DNA of 63,868 nt, filler included, from Phoronis australis (GCA_002633005.1; 4 parts of 4 records of this genome joined end to end with filler, not necessarily neighbours in it), one strand, 5' to 3'; numbered from the whole stretch's first letter, positions 1-13,800 are shown. The notes: generated by a model not told the origin, from the sequence alone. Numbers and translations: made by a program.

Positions 1-316
1 GAGACATTCGTGTTAGTTGCCAGGGCCCACCTTGGGTATACTGCCACTGCTTTCGACGTTAAATTCCGCGCGTTAAATAATACTAGTGAGCCAAAGTCCA
101 CCATTCAAAGAATGACCAAGTCGCTATTAAATCTACAATACGGTTAAATGAAAACCAAGCTTTTAGAAGTGATAAAACCTACATGACTTCAATTTAAAAC
201 TGAAGTGAGAAAGTGTGTTTGCTGAAGGTATGAAATCACGGCTATCATTTTTCCGAAGGTTTTTAAGTCCACAAATACACGCAAGTACGAAAGCCCATAA
301 CTGCGAAAGCTAAAAG

Positions 317-2017
317 CAAGGAGTGCACAAGTACAGGAGAGTTCACTCCGCCATTTTACCATTCGCTGCACTGGTTACCTTATTCTCTTAAAGCTTCCTT
401 CAAAATCCATCATGGTTTTGTTTCATGTTTGAGTTCTTAACACGGCAATTATCGTTCCTTATAACAGTTCATACCTCCATGGACTACATAATTTGAATGA
501 TTGCTCCTGGGGGTTCAGAGGGGAATTCCCCCAGGTGCCAGCTAGGGGGTACCAGGCAAAAAACAAGGTGGGCGCCAAATGGGTGTTGACCCCCTCCCAG
601 GGGGGTTACATGGGAGGAGTGCTAAACAGGTAAAAACCAATGGGTATGTATGCCAAATGGGTGTTGAGCCCCTCCCATCGTCACACATTTTGGTTGCTCC
701 CCTGACCATTGACAAACATGTTGCTCCCAGCTCACTGCTGGTTTCATCTACACCCAACAATTTCGCATGTGTTCCCTATTCAATGCACCAGGCTACTAGC
801 AATGCAGACAATTGTTTTGTGCAGTGGGTGTAACATAAGTGAGAAGAAGAAAGGAAGGCAATTCATCACTACCACAAAATCGTAATACAATTTTAGAACA
901 TTCCATTATTTCTTAGACATGCCAGTATAGGGTTCAATCCCACTCTCCTACTCACCAACAGTTACAAGTCACTTGCTAATCTGTAGAATAGNTTCTTCAT
1001 TCATGAACATGACTCCTCGAAGTGATGAGAGCATAACTTGCAGTTTTTGGACAAATAGGCTGCATCTCTATTCATAAGGTCAGCTCCCAGCGCTTGCACC
1101 TGAACAGAAATCAATGACTGAGAGACTCAGGAACAAACCTCATTCTCACTAGGTTCATAGAAGTCTGGTAGCCTACACTAAAGTACTGACACTACACTAC
1201 AGAATTCCTGTCGTACTGTGATTGTGATAGAGACGAAAGCGTTTTGGTTTCAACTGAAAAAAACTCGAACTCAAACGTCGATCCATGGAGTTTAACAAGG
1301 CCGCGCCCCCGCATCATTGACACATAGAATTAAGTTTTCAATGACGCAGTGCTTAACTTAATTGGTCCAACTGGCTTAAGTTTTCAATGACGCAGTGCTT
1401 AACTTAATTGGTCCAACTGGCACATTAAAATTATGTTGATTTTTTTCACCTTTTCACCGAGACCCACGGATTCTCTAACGTGACTCATGACAGACTTGTG
1501 CCCCTACAGTGGCTGTGATTGTATCACGGCCATGTCACCAGTCATATTACCCATGGGCATGGGCATGGGTACGTTTTCCTAAATTATCCTTGCGATCGTA
1601 CGGGTGACATTTTGATTTGGAATTCATGGACTGCAAGTACCCAAAAAGCTGACGATCACATCGTACGTTCATCATAGTCCTTCCGCCGGCAGTCTAGCCT
1701 ACACTGCAAACCGAGCAGTGGCAACGGGATTGCGATCGACTTGTCTAACAACCGTGAACAACGCACAAAATGAAAGACAATATATCATATTATTGAATAA
1801 CAGATAACCCTTACCTTTCTGGATCCTTAGGAAACCTAAAAATGACACGTCTGGGGTTTTCGTGGATGAATTCATGCAATTTATCGCACTGCAAATTGCG
1901 TCCTTCCCCGTTTTATTGCTTCCTGGTTGACAGTTGCTTAGTCACCACTTGGCGGTGCTAGTAGTAGCGGTACCAGCGAACTCAAAAGTGAACTCTCCTA
2001 TACTACTACACTCCTTG
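317..2017 (-). mobile_element. Non-autonomous P-element-superfamily DNA transposon with THAP remnant
   Basis: Imperfect ~31-bp TIRs: CAAGGAGTGcacaAGTAcAGGAGAGTTCACT and the reverse complement of AGTGAACTCTCCTATACTACTACACTCCTTG. 7-bp TSD CTAAAAG at 310-316 and 2018-2024. Internal THAP pseudo-exons. CA-R-G termini, a 7-bp TSD and THAP all fit the P/Galileo/1360 group. Confidence 0.82.
956..1925 (-). pseudogene. Degenerate two-exon THAP zinc-finger domain (transposase N-terminus)
   Basis: Exon 1 (~1925-1815) reads ICSAINCMNSSTKTPDVSF/RFPKDPER with a 1-nt frameshift, ending AG|gtaagg. Exon 2 (1099-956) follows ttcag| and reads RCKRW/ADLMNRDAAYLSKNCKLCSHHFEES. The C-x4-C...FP...W...C-xx-H-F THAP pattern is complete. 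Confidence 0.8.
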
Positions 2018-2539
2018 CTAAAAGCTCAAACTTTAATGACATGAGGTTCTGAACGGTGATTTGGAGCAAAATATTTTGGGATATTAAACACTCGAAGAGC
2101 CAGTGCCTCTGGAAAAGATCCAAACACAGCAATGTGCACTGAGCTTTCGCTTTCATTTACATTTTCAAACTATGTTTTACCGCCACTAAAATTTTGCTGC
2201 TCCTTTGTCGTTGACTTTGAATAACTGGCTTCTGTTTTCGAGGCCTTATTTCGGACAAACTAACTTTCTTGTCTGTCGGAATCGTGAACCTTGGGCCCGA
2301 TATGGCATTTTTAAAAACAGTTTCATTTCTCGTGTTATGAGTGTTTGGACTTGAGAACCTTCAAACTATCGAAATACAATTATTTATATTAATGCAGTAT
2401 GAAACGCAGCCAACGTTAGTTTACCTTCATAAGTTTCATTCTAAATACTTCTCCTGTTTTGGTTATCCGTGGGTCGCAGCACATCGTTGGGGTATGGGTA
2501 TGGCTTGTAAATAGACAAAAACGTGTATTTTACAAACAA

Positions 2540-3485
2540 CCGACAAAATCAAATTTTTCAATTTGCCACTAAGAAGCGCCACAGTAGTCAATTTCGTCGG
2601 AACAAGACCTTGAGCCGACCTTTTTACAGCAAAAACATGTATGCCAATTTTTAAAATCATCCATAGAGTGGTTTAGTTGACAGAAGGGCGGACGAAAAAA
2701 AGACTCGAAAACAGTAAAAAATAGCCGATAGGTGCCGCAAAATACTCCCAATCCATCCGGAAATGAAAGACAGGCACCATTTCACTAATATATGCCTATC
2801 TGCCAAATTTTATGAAAATCAGTCAAAGAAACTTTGAATATACAGACTTTAGGTAAACCTAAAAAAATAAATTGCCACTAGGAGGCACACCGGTAGTCCA
2901 ATCCGTCCTGAAATCGTTGTCATCCGTTGTCAACTTAATACATGTATAAAGATACTTGCTAAATTTAATAAAGATCTTGTAGAGCCATGGGCTGGGCGCA
3001 GAATCAAAGGAAAATGCCACTAGGAGGTGTCACGGTAGTCGAAGTCGTCGGAAAGCCGTTGTCAGCTGCTTTCTTCACATTAAGAACATATATGCCAATT
3101 TTCACAATCATCCTTAGAGTGGTTTGATTGATGGAGGGGCAGGTGCCAAAAATATACTCGAGGGCAGTGAAATTTGCCACTAGGTGTCATCCGAAAACGA
3201 GAGGATAGCGTCATCTTATTGGCCCATGTGCCAAGTTTTATGAAAATCCGATGACCTTTGAAGAAACAGATATAAACGAAAAAAATGCCACCGGTAGGCG
3301 GATCCGTCCGAAATTCGTCGTCAACTGTCGTCAGCCTTATAGAAGCACATCTGCCAAATCTCATCAAGGTCCTGTGAGGATTTAAGAGATTCAGCTGTGG
3401 ACTCCATATCCCGGACGCCGGGACAACCGGGCAGGCAGAGATGACAAACACTCACATATACATGTAAATATGCGGGCGAATAAAA
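2540..3485 (-). mobile_element. Older HINE (Helentron-associated non-autonomous element) copy with ~150-bp internal tandem repeats
   Basis: Repeated TGCCACTAGGAGG / GCCAAATTTYATGAAAATC subunits. GGAC-rich stretch and diverged terminal hairpin at ~3410-3485 resemble the end of the 9141-10195 copy. Confidence 0.7.
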
Positions 3486-6400
3486 ACGTCTACATTTCTC
3501 TAACTTTAAAGCTTCGTACCAGAAATAGCTGTTCAAATTTACATGTATGTGACATTTCAATTCTATGATATAAATACCTTCTCCAAAATGAAAATGAAAT
3601 GCTCATATTTTAGAGCACTAACCGTATTTCATGCACATCTGGATCATTTTCTTCAAATGGAATTCGGTCTTGTTGTTAATGCCGGTGCCTTACTATCAAT
3701 GTGCGCTTGTTTTTTGTGCTAAATTCTATTGTTTTTGAGAAACTGTGCCCTGAGATCAGGTGTGAAACAGTGTACATCAATAAAGTCAGATGCCCGAATG
3801 ACTGGCGACTAAATTTTTCATTTCGCTTTTTCAAATCAAAGTGTCGGTCATATTTTGATGGCTCACAGGAGTACAAACGTTTAGTAAAAACCAAAAGATT
3901 CTATGATATTTACAAGTGAACGGAACCTTGATACCATCTCATGGTGCACGCCCTCAAAAAGAGGCAATTTTTGGGATTTCTAACCTTTTCGACTATGGTG
4001 TCATTTTAAGGTGATGGTTCATTGCTATCTTTGGTTCGTTGACAGTGAGGGCCAGGCCAGGGTCCAGCTAGTTAATATCCTGTATGACTCTAGAAAAACA
4101 TAGGGATTTGAGAACGTTCAAGGTATTGAGCTGTACACACTGCAGGATGAAACCCAAGTAACGATACTTTAGCTTTATAATTTTCGTCTTAAGTCTTTCT
4201 TCTTTCGTTCTGGTTAAACGAAGGTTATCTTTGGGTATGAAGTATAAATAGGAAAAAACGCGTATTGATAAAATTTACAAACAATCGACCTATCAATTGC
4301 TTTCAATTTGCCGTACGCAGATCAATTGAAAAATCTTTCTCCCTACACCGGCAGGAATCGACCACGGGAAGCACTGCTCAGCTTCATCTTGCTTCTGCAT
4401 CGGCACAGGGATTCAAATATTCCATTCAGCATGACTTTTGCGACCTTGAACGCCATCTAGATTAATTTGTGGTGTATGTCTTCGTATGTTAGGGCTTGTG
4501 TTTGTATGTTAGTGCTTTGCTGGGCGGGATTGGAAAGTGCGTTAGCGTTAACGCAAATCCACAGCCAAGAAAAGTAACAAACCTCTAGTTCAAGCGAATG
4601 GTAATACCATTGATAAATGGGCAGATCTGTCCATGGGATTAAAAGTGTGTCATCACGGCCTAAGCTTTTATACCTTAGAAGAACCCATCGTACAATTAAA
4701 AACCAGCCAACACTTAAAATATTTTACAGCGACCTGGAAACCACACAGTTGTCACAGGTGGAGAACTGTAACTGCACATATCACCAAGTCCAAAACGTTT
4801 TAATAACGAAATTTACACCCCTTTATCATCATTTGTATTTGGATAAGATAGCATCTTATGGCGCACGTCCTGATGGAAGAGGCAATTTCCGGGATTTTTG
4901 ATTTTTTCATTGGTTCAGCGACATCTGTAGCCCGTTGCCAGTGGTAGCGAGGTCAAGATCCTTCTAGTTCAGATCCTGTATGACCCTAGAAAAAGCGTCT
5001 ATATTTCTCTTGATTCAAAGGTGGCTATCTCAGAAATAGCAGTTCAGGTTTATGTAAAACGTTCACGTACTATGATTTAAACGTCTTTCACAAAAGGAAA
5101 GTGCAATAATCTCAATTTAGAACATCAACATTGTTTCTGAGATCACTTCTCGAAACTTTTCATCAAATGATTTCGATCATGTTTTGAGCGGTTGTTTAAT
5201 TAACAACTGGTCTTCGGTTTTTGCTAGCTTTTAATGGTTTTTAAGAGAACATGCCTTGAAACTAGATGTGAGTCATTGTGCATTAATAAAGACATATGCC
5301 TGAATGACTGGCTAGTAAAATTTTACACTTCACTTTTCCATATCGAAAAAATGTCGGTCATGTTTTGATGTCACACAGGAGCAAACGTGTAGTAAAACCT
5401 AGAAGCTTCTATAATGTTTACAAGTTAACGGAACCTTGACTCTTGTGCGATTCGTGTCAGTGGTCCTGCAGAATTTTTGGTATATTGTCATTGCTCGCAA
5501 TGTCAGATCTTGCATGTTAATGGTATACTGGTAAGCCAAAGTCAAATAGTTCGGCGAAAGGCCAAGTACCTAAAAGACCTAAAATAATGATAAAAGGAAG
5601 TCAACCCCTTGGAAACAATGAAATCATATGATCTGAACTGAAAACTACAAGTGAGAAAAAGTGTGGGTAAAGTTATGAAATACCGATATTCCTTGTTTTC
5701 AAAGACAAGCAAGTAAATAAATCCATCAATATCCACACAAGCCCGAAAGACCATTAGTTCGAAAACAAAAGATTCGAATTTTCATGTCACGAGGCATTTT
5801 GTACAGTAATTTCGAGCAAAATGTTTGGAGAGTTGTAAGCACGTGGCTTCTTAAAACGAATTCTTCGAACAGCCAGTGCCTTGGTAAATTATCCAAACAA
5901 CGTTTGGCAATGTGCACTGAACTGTCGCTTTTATTTTAATTTTCAACTTTTGGTTTTCCGCCTCTAAAATGTTGCCGCTCCTTTGTCATTAACTTTCAAT
6001 CACTGACTTCTCGTCTCTGAGATCGTCGAATTATTTTCGCACTAATAAGCTTTTTTGTCGAATTTGCGAACATTCAGGCTGATCGGGCTTTTTCAATGAA
6101 TTTTCATTTGTTGTATTATGGCCACTGATTTTAAAACCTTTAAGGTATTGAGCTGTACACTGCAGTATGAAACCCAAGCAACGATACTTTACCTTCATAA
6201 TTTTCTTCTTAAATCTTTCTTCTTTCGTTTTGGTTTAAAGAAGGTCGCAGGTTATCTTTGGGGTATGGGTATGGGTATGGCGTGTATATAGACGAAAACA
6301 TACCTGTTGCCTCTGGTGTGATTCTTGTCAGTGGTCCTACAGAAATTTTGGTATACTGTCACTGTTCCCAATGTCAGATCTCGCATGTAGATGGTGTACT

Positions 6401-8221
6401 AGTCAGCTAATGTCAAATAGTTTGACGAAAGGCCAAGTATCTAAAAGGCATAGAATAATGTTATCAAATAGATGTTGAAATGCCGTGCAATTACCGACGG
6501 ATAAGAATATAAAACAGTAAAACTAAAACGACGAGCGTCGGTACTAAAATATATTAAAATATCCACACGTTTCGAGCGATGAGCTCTTTGTCAAGGGTGT
6601 GCTACAGACTGTACAATGATGTTAAAAGGAAGTCAACCCCCTAGAAAAATGAAATGATATGATCTGAATTGAAAATTTCAAGTGAGAAAAGTGTGGGCCA
6701 AAATTATGAAATCGCGGTATTCATGACTCCAAAGGTTTGCAAGTAAACAAATCCATCAATTCAAATATCCTCACAAGTCCGAGGGACCATTAGTTCGAAA
6801 GCTAAAAATTCGAAATTTCATGTTACGAGGTTCTGAACGGTGATTTCGAACAAATTGTTTGGAGATTTGTAAGCACGTGCCTCCCTGGAACCAATTCTTC
6901 CAAGAGCCAGTGCCTTGGTAAAGCATGCAAATAGAGTTTGACAAAGTGCACTGAACTGTCGCTTTTATTAACATTTTCAACTTTTGGAATATAGCCACTA
7001 AAATTTTGATGCTCCTATGTCGTTAAAGTTTGAATCACTGGCTTCTGGTTTCTTTAGTTGTCGAACTGTTTTCGAACCAATAAGCTTTTTGTTGAGTTTG
7101 TGAGCCTGCGGCCCGATAGGGCTTTTTGTAAAACATTTTCGTTTGTCGTATAATGGGCACAGATTTGAAAACCTTAAAGGTATTGAGCTTCAACCTATTC
7201 AATGCAGTATGAAACCCAAGCAACAATAGTTTACCTTCCTAATTTTCGTCTGAAGAACTGCTTCGTCCGTTTTGGTTATTCGAGGATCGCAGCGTATTGC
7301 TGGGGTATGGGTACTGCGTGTAAACACACAAAACGTGTATTGAAAAAATTTACAAACAATCGCCAAATCAACTATTTTCGATTTCTCACACGCAGATCAG
7401 TTGAAAATCCTTGTCCATACTCCACCAGAAATTGATACCGGGAACCACAGCCTAGCTCCATTCCGTTGCGGCATCTGTAGAGGAATTCATATAATGACAT
7501 TCAGAATACATTTTGTGACTTCGAACGTCAGTTGGATTAATTGTTGATGTTTTTAGGTTTGTTAGGACTGGTATTGGTATTTTATTGGAATTGTTGGCGG
7601 GATTAGAATGTGTGTTTGCATAAACGTTAATGCACAAGCAAGAAAAGCAACAAACGTCTAGTCCAAGCGAATGAAACTACAATTGATAGATGGATAGATC
7701 TATAGTCTATCTATTGGAATAAATGAGCGTCATAACGGCCAAAGCCTTGATATATGAGGAGAACCCAGGGTAAGTACAACTAAAATACAGCTAACACTAG
7801 AAATGTATTTCAACGACCTGGACAGCACAGTGTTATAACAGGGGGAGAACTTTAACTGCACGTGTCAGCCAGTCCAAAATGTTATCAATAACGAAAGTAA
7901 CGCACCACAGTCGCACCTTGTGTATCGGTAAGACAGCATCTCATGACGTACGCCCTCAAGGAAGAGACAATTTCCTGGATTTTTTACTTTTTCTATTCTA
8001 GTGTCATTACATGGTGACGGTTTAGTTACATTTTTGTTCGCTGCCAGTGGTGGCAAGGACAGCGTACTGCTACTTCGGATGCTGCGTGGCCCTAGAAAGT
8101 GTCCACATTTCTCTAATTTTAAAGGTTGATATCTTAGAAATAGCAGTTCAGATTTTTGTAAAATCTCCCATGTTATTGGCATATTGGTCAGCCTGTAGTT
8201 TGACTAAAGAACAAGTCCCTA

Positions 8222-10845
8222 AAGAAGAGCAACGCGGAGCGTTGAAATGCGCCCACGAATGGATCGCAAATGGTGTGCTTTTAGGGTTATTTATTTGTAT
8301 CATAAAATGGCCACAAGATGGCCAAAATCGTACAAGCCATCCAAAAACGGGAGCATGCCATATTTCATGAAAAACTGTCAAGGAACTTCAGAGAAACAAA
8401 GGAAAACAAAATAACATGAAATTGCCACTTGTGGGCACAGCGTTCGTTAGATCCGCCTGAAAGTCGTCCTCTGTTGTTATCTTCATATAAATACACTTAC
8501 TAAATTTAATAATCATCCTGAAGTGGGTTTAGGAGATATAGCAATGGGTGCAATACAAAGCGTAACTACCACTAGGAGCCGTCACACTAGTCAGTTGCCA
8601 TCATCAAACGTCCTCTTCGCACTGAAAACTTATACGCCAAATTTCAAAACTATCCCTAAAACGATTTCGTTGATAGAGGGGTGGACGCCAAAACAAGATT
8701 TGAAAACAGCAAAAATGGCGACTAGGTCGCGCAAAATACCCCAATTCCATCCAAAAACATAGATTTCTATATTCACAACTTTATGAAAATCTGTTGAGGA
8801 CCATTGAAGGTACAGACTGGTAAACGTAAAAAATCAAATTGCCACTAGGGGGCGCACCAGTAGTCAGATCCGTCCAAAAGACGTCGTCTTCCGTTGTCCA
8901 CATCATATAAATACACTCGCTTTAAATTAAGTAAAGATCCTGCAAACGGTTTAGGAGATACAGTCATGAGCGCAAAAAAACAAAAGTGCCACTAGGAGGC
9001 GCCGCAGTAGTCAAAGTCGTCGGAAAATCATCGTGAGCCGTCCACTTTAGTAAAAACATACATGCCAATTTTGAGAATTATCCTGAAAGTGGTTTCGTTG
9101 ATAGATGACTGGACGACAAAAAAAGACTCGAAAACAGTAACAAGAGCAACGCAGAGCGTTGAAATGAGCCCACAATTGCACCGTATACGGTATCCTTCTA
9201 GGGTTGTTTATCGGTACTATAAAGTGGCCAGTAGAAGGCATATATGTAGTATGTTGTACTTTGCAAAATGGAAACGCATGGTCATTGTCTCCTCAATAGG
9301 CTAGGGGCAAAATGTGAGTGATCTTCATAATACAAGCACATCCAATACACCAGTTGCTTAAAGCACCACAGAAACATAGAATTAAAAACAAATTTACCAA
9401 CATACGAGATTAGCACAGCATTAGAATGCCAGAAACAAATTTCTACTTGGAACTTTTCCTTCATAGTCACGAACTAACACAAAGTATACACCTGAAGACC
9501 TATGAAATTACAGAGGTTAATGTAAAATACTTAAATTGCCACTAGAGCCATACCGGTAGTCAGAATCATCCTTAAGTCGTCATCGTCCGTTGTCAACATC
9601 ACATAAATACACTTGCAAAATTTAGTAAAGATCCTGCAAACGGTTTGGGAGATACAGCCATAGGCGCAAAAACAAACTGCCACTAGGAGGCCCCACAGTA
9701 GTCCAAATCGTCTGAAAATCATTGTCAGCCGTCTTCTTTATAGTAAGAACATACATGCCAATTTTCACAATCATCCTTTGAGCGGTTTGGTTGATAGAGG
9801 GGTGGACGCAAAAATACAGACTCGAAAACACTAAAAATGGCCACTAGGTGGCGCAAACTATGTCGAATCCATCTGAAAACGGGAGGATAGCGTCATCTCA
9901 CTAATAGGTGCCTACATACCAAATTTCATGAAAATCCAATAAGGACTTGTGAAGATACAAAGGTAAGCGTAAAAAATTAAAATTGCCACTAGGGGGCATA
10001 CCGGTAGTCAGATCCGTCCGAAAGTTCGCACATGCTGTCCCATTCATGAATGAAACATATGTGCCAAATTTCATGAACGTATGTCAAAGGGTTTTGGAGA
10101 TAGTGCAGCGGACGCCGGACGCCGGACGCCGCCCGGACGGACGGACGGACGGAGATGACGGCATAATGCGTCCACATATAAATATGTGGGCGCATAAAAA
10201 TGGCCAATAGATGGCGCAAACTAGGTCGAATTCATCTGAAAATGGAGAGATAACGTCACTTAATTAACAGATGCGTGTATGCCAAATTTTATGAAAATAC
10301 GTTGAGGACAAAGGTGAACATAAAAAAATAAAATTGCCAGTAGGTGGCACACCAGTAGCTAGATCTGTCCGAAAGTCGTTGTCTTCTGTCGTCAACATCA
10401 CATAAATATACTTACTAAATTAATTAAAGATCCTGCGAACGCTTTAGGACATGAGGCCATTGGCCACTAGGATGCGCCCTAGTAGTCGAAGTCGTCGTGC
10501 CAATTTTCACAATCATCCTTTGAGCTCTTTGGTTGATAGAGGGGTGACTCAAAAAACAAACTCGAAAACACCAAAAATGGCCACTAGGTGACGCAAACTA
10601 CGTCGAATCCATCTGAAAACGGAAGGTTAGCCTCATCTCACTGATAGGTGCCTATGTACCAATTTTTATGAAAATCTTTTCAGGACATTTGAAGTTACAG
10701 AGGTAAACGTAAAAAAACTAAAATTGCCACTAGGGTCACACCAACAGTCGGATCCGAATGAAAGATTGCTCATGCCGTCCCATCCACGGAAGAAACACAT
10801 GTGCAAAATTTCCTGAACATACGTCCAGGCGTTTTGGAGCTTCTT
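8222..10845 (-). mobile_element. HINE copy (host) interrupted by a younger copy of the same family
   Basis: Begins GAAGAGCAACGCGGAGCGTTGAAATGCGCCCAC. The repeat array breaks at ...GAAAACAGTAA| (9140) and resumes at AAAAATGGCCAATAG (10196). Confidence 0.72.
9141..10195 (-). mobile_element. Complete HINE/DINE-1-like non-autonomous Helentron element
   Basis: One end has (AA)CAAGAG, a stem-loop CAACGC-AGA-GCGTTG and subTIR ATGAGCCCAC. The other end has a (GGAC)n microsatellite (GTCC on minus, ~10110-10152) and the hairpin ATGCGTCCACATAT-AA-ATATGTGGGCGCAT containing the matching subTIR. Internal tandem repeats are present. It sits in an A/T run with no TSD. Confidence 0.85.
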
Positions 10846-13800
10846 TATCCGTCTTGGTTATCCGTGAGTCGGATCGTATCGTTGTGGCGTGGGCATGGTA
10901 AGTAAATAAACGAAAACGTTCAGTAATAAAATTTACAAACAATCGATAAATCAACTATTGTTTTCAATTGGCCATTCGGAAACTAATTCAAAAATAATTG
11001 TCTCTGCCACGGTAGTAATCGATCACGGGAACCACTGTTCAGCTCCATTTGATCTTGGCATTTGGAGAGGAATTCAAATAACACCACTCAGCATGCATTT
11101 TGTGACCTTGAACGTCGTTTGGATTTATTCATGCTGTATTTCTTGATATGTTAGGATTGGTGTTAGTATGTTAGTGCAATTGTTAGTAGGGATTAAAAAA
11201 GAGTGTTAACGTCAACGCGAATGTACCAGCAAGACAAGTAACAAACGCTTAGTGCAAGCAAATGGTAATAGATATGATGGATGGAGAGCTTTACCTATTC
11301 GAAGTACATGTGCGTCATCGGAACCCAAACACTAATACTTGAGTACAACCCAATTATCTGGACACCATACATTTGTCACAGGTGGGTAACTGTAACTGCA
11401 TCAGCCAGACAAAAATGTAATCAATAACGAAAGTTACACACCTCTATCGCCCTTCATGTATCGGATAAGACAGCATCTCATGGTGCACGCCCTCACGTAA
11501 GGGGATTTTTTACCTTTCCGACTCTGGTGTCATTTTGTGTTGGTGGTTCAGCGACATCTTGGCCAGGTGCACTGCCAGTTGTGGCAAGGTTCTGTATGAC
11601 CATTTATATCTCAGAAATAGCTGTCCAGATTTATGTAAAATTTCCAAATGAAAGAACTTAAACACCGTTTACAAAACGAATTTAAACAAATCATGATATT
11701 TTAGAACATTAATTGTTTTTTGAGATCACGTCTTGGAACATTTTCCTCAAATGAAATTCGAACTTGTTATCGATACCGTTGTTTTGCTATTACTGTGCTT
11801 TTCTTTTCTTTTTCGCTAAACTTTACTTAAGGGAAATATTCTTGTGAGGCAATCATTATGAATATCAGACAAGTAAAAACCGAAATTCCAAATTCTACTT
11901 GGGTTTCTAGTTTCCGATAATATAAACATTTAAGGAGTTAAAATATTTAATTTTGTAAAAAATTAAGCTAAAATCGCATACTTGGCAATAAAGTCCAATT
12001 AACCTTCCAGGACGAATTTAACATACATGAGCCGAGGTGAGTGTAACTATTTCATATTGTGAAGTATACAGTGAAAGAAATTTGGTTAGGAAAGTAAAAC
12101 GATGCCCCAACAAACTTGTAACTGAAGTGTAAAACATTTTAAATGCTTTTTTCTCATGAAAGTTGAACGGTAATAGACTTTTCAACTCTGTTGTCAGTCG
12201 TATTAGTGGCACTGCACTGAGGAACTTTTTGATGCACTGTAACCCGTCGTGACATCGTGGTCCTGTATGGTCCAGTAAGGATGATAAACCTTATATTGAT
12301 GATGTCAACCAATCCACTTTCTGTCACCTGCTTTGCATCTTTAGTGTCAATCTTCCAAAATAAAAGCAGGAACCAACTGAAAAAAACTCATACTTCCTAT
12401 CTCATAAATTGCACGTCGTGGTCCTTGACGGGTGGCCTTTTCCAAAGGTGCTGTGTAACTTGCTAAAAGCGTAGGTCACGCTTTCCCGTTTAGCAGAATT
12501 TGTTAGAAGTTTTCAAAATTTCCTCCAGACTTTTGAGGGTTAGCGATAAGTTACAAAGCATTATTTTGTTTTAGAGAACTGGATGGGGAAAGTCGTTTTT
12601 ATTATGTGTAAGTAGGCAAAACCGAGTTTGGTATCCTTTTAATGATAAACAAAGCCCAGCTATTTAACAAATGACAAAGTCGCTCAAATAAAATACAGCA
12701 ATTAGGACTAAATGTAGATCACTTCCGAGAAGGAATATAATACAGGTGACCCGAATTGAGAGCCTATATTGTATTTTATATTGACAAGATCTCCCAATTA
12801 TACAATTACCAACGCAATTTTTGAGAGACTGCACTGAAACCAGTTGTGAAACCGTGTACTTGAATAAAGACGTATTCCTGAAGTAGATTTTTCACTTCGC
12901 TTTTCCAAATAAAACAAGTGATCGATCAAGTTTTGATGGCTCAAATGAGTACACACATGTAGTCAAAACCAGCTGAACGGCACCATATCTTTGGCCCTGG
13001 TGTCATTCGTGTTAGTGGTCCTTCTGCACTTTTGGTACACTGTAACTGCTCGCGACGTCAGGTGCCATGTGTAAATGGTACACTAGTCAGCCAAAGTCCA
13101 CTAGTTCGACGACTTGCCAAGTCGCTACAAATTGCACAATAAGAAGTGATCAACCTTATATGACCTAAATTGAAAACTTCAAGTGAGAAAGAATGTGTAC
13201 AGAGTTTATATGAAATTAAGAAATTCATGTTTCGCAAGGTTTGCAAGTCTAAAAATCTATAAATCTGAAGACTTATCCACACAATTACGAAAACCCACCG
13301 AAGGTTATAAATTTGAACTTCCATGACACTAGGTTCCGAACAGTGATTTTGAGCAAAACGTTCAGAGATTTATTTGCACACGGCTGCTTGAAACTAATTC
13401 TTTGAAGAGCCTGTGCCTCTCAAAACGGGATCCAAACATGAAGTTGGGCGATTCACTGAGTTGCTGTAGTTATTTACTTGTTCGAAGTATGGTTAATCGC
13501 CGCCAAACGTTTGCTGCTTGGCTGTCGTTGACTTTGAATCGCTGGTTTCTGGCATCATAGACCTTCGGACTAGTTTCGAACTAACTAGTTTTTCTTTCTG
13601 TCGGATTTGTGAACCTTCGGCCTTATAATGCCTTTTTATTCATCTGTGGTATTATGAGAGTTCAAACTTGTGAACCTTTGGAGTATCGAGCTGTACCCTA
13701 TTTATACTAATTCAGTATGACACGCAAGCAACGTTAGATTACATAACCCCCCTGTTAGATTATCTTTTAATTTTCGTCTTCCACCTTTCTTCCGTCTTTG

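Noticed and set aside
8420-10740. Regularly spaced GCCACTAG motifs as CRISPR repeats
   Set aside because: The intervening sequences are homologous to each other (tandem subunits) and lie within HINE termini.
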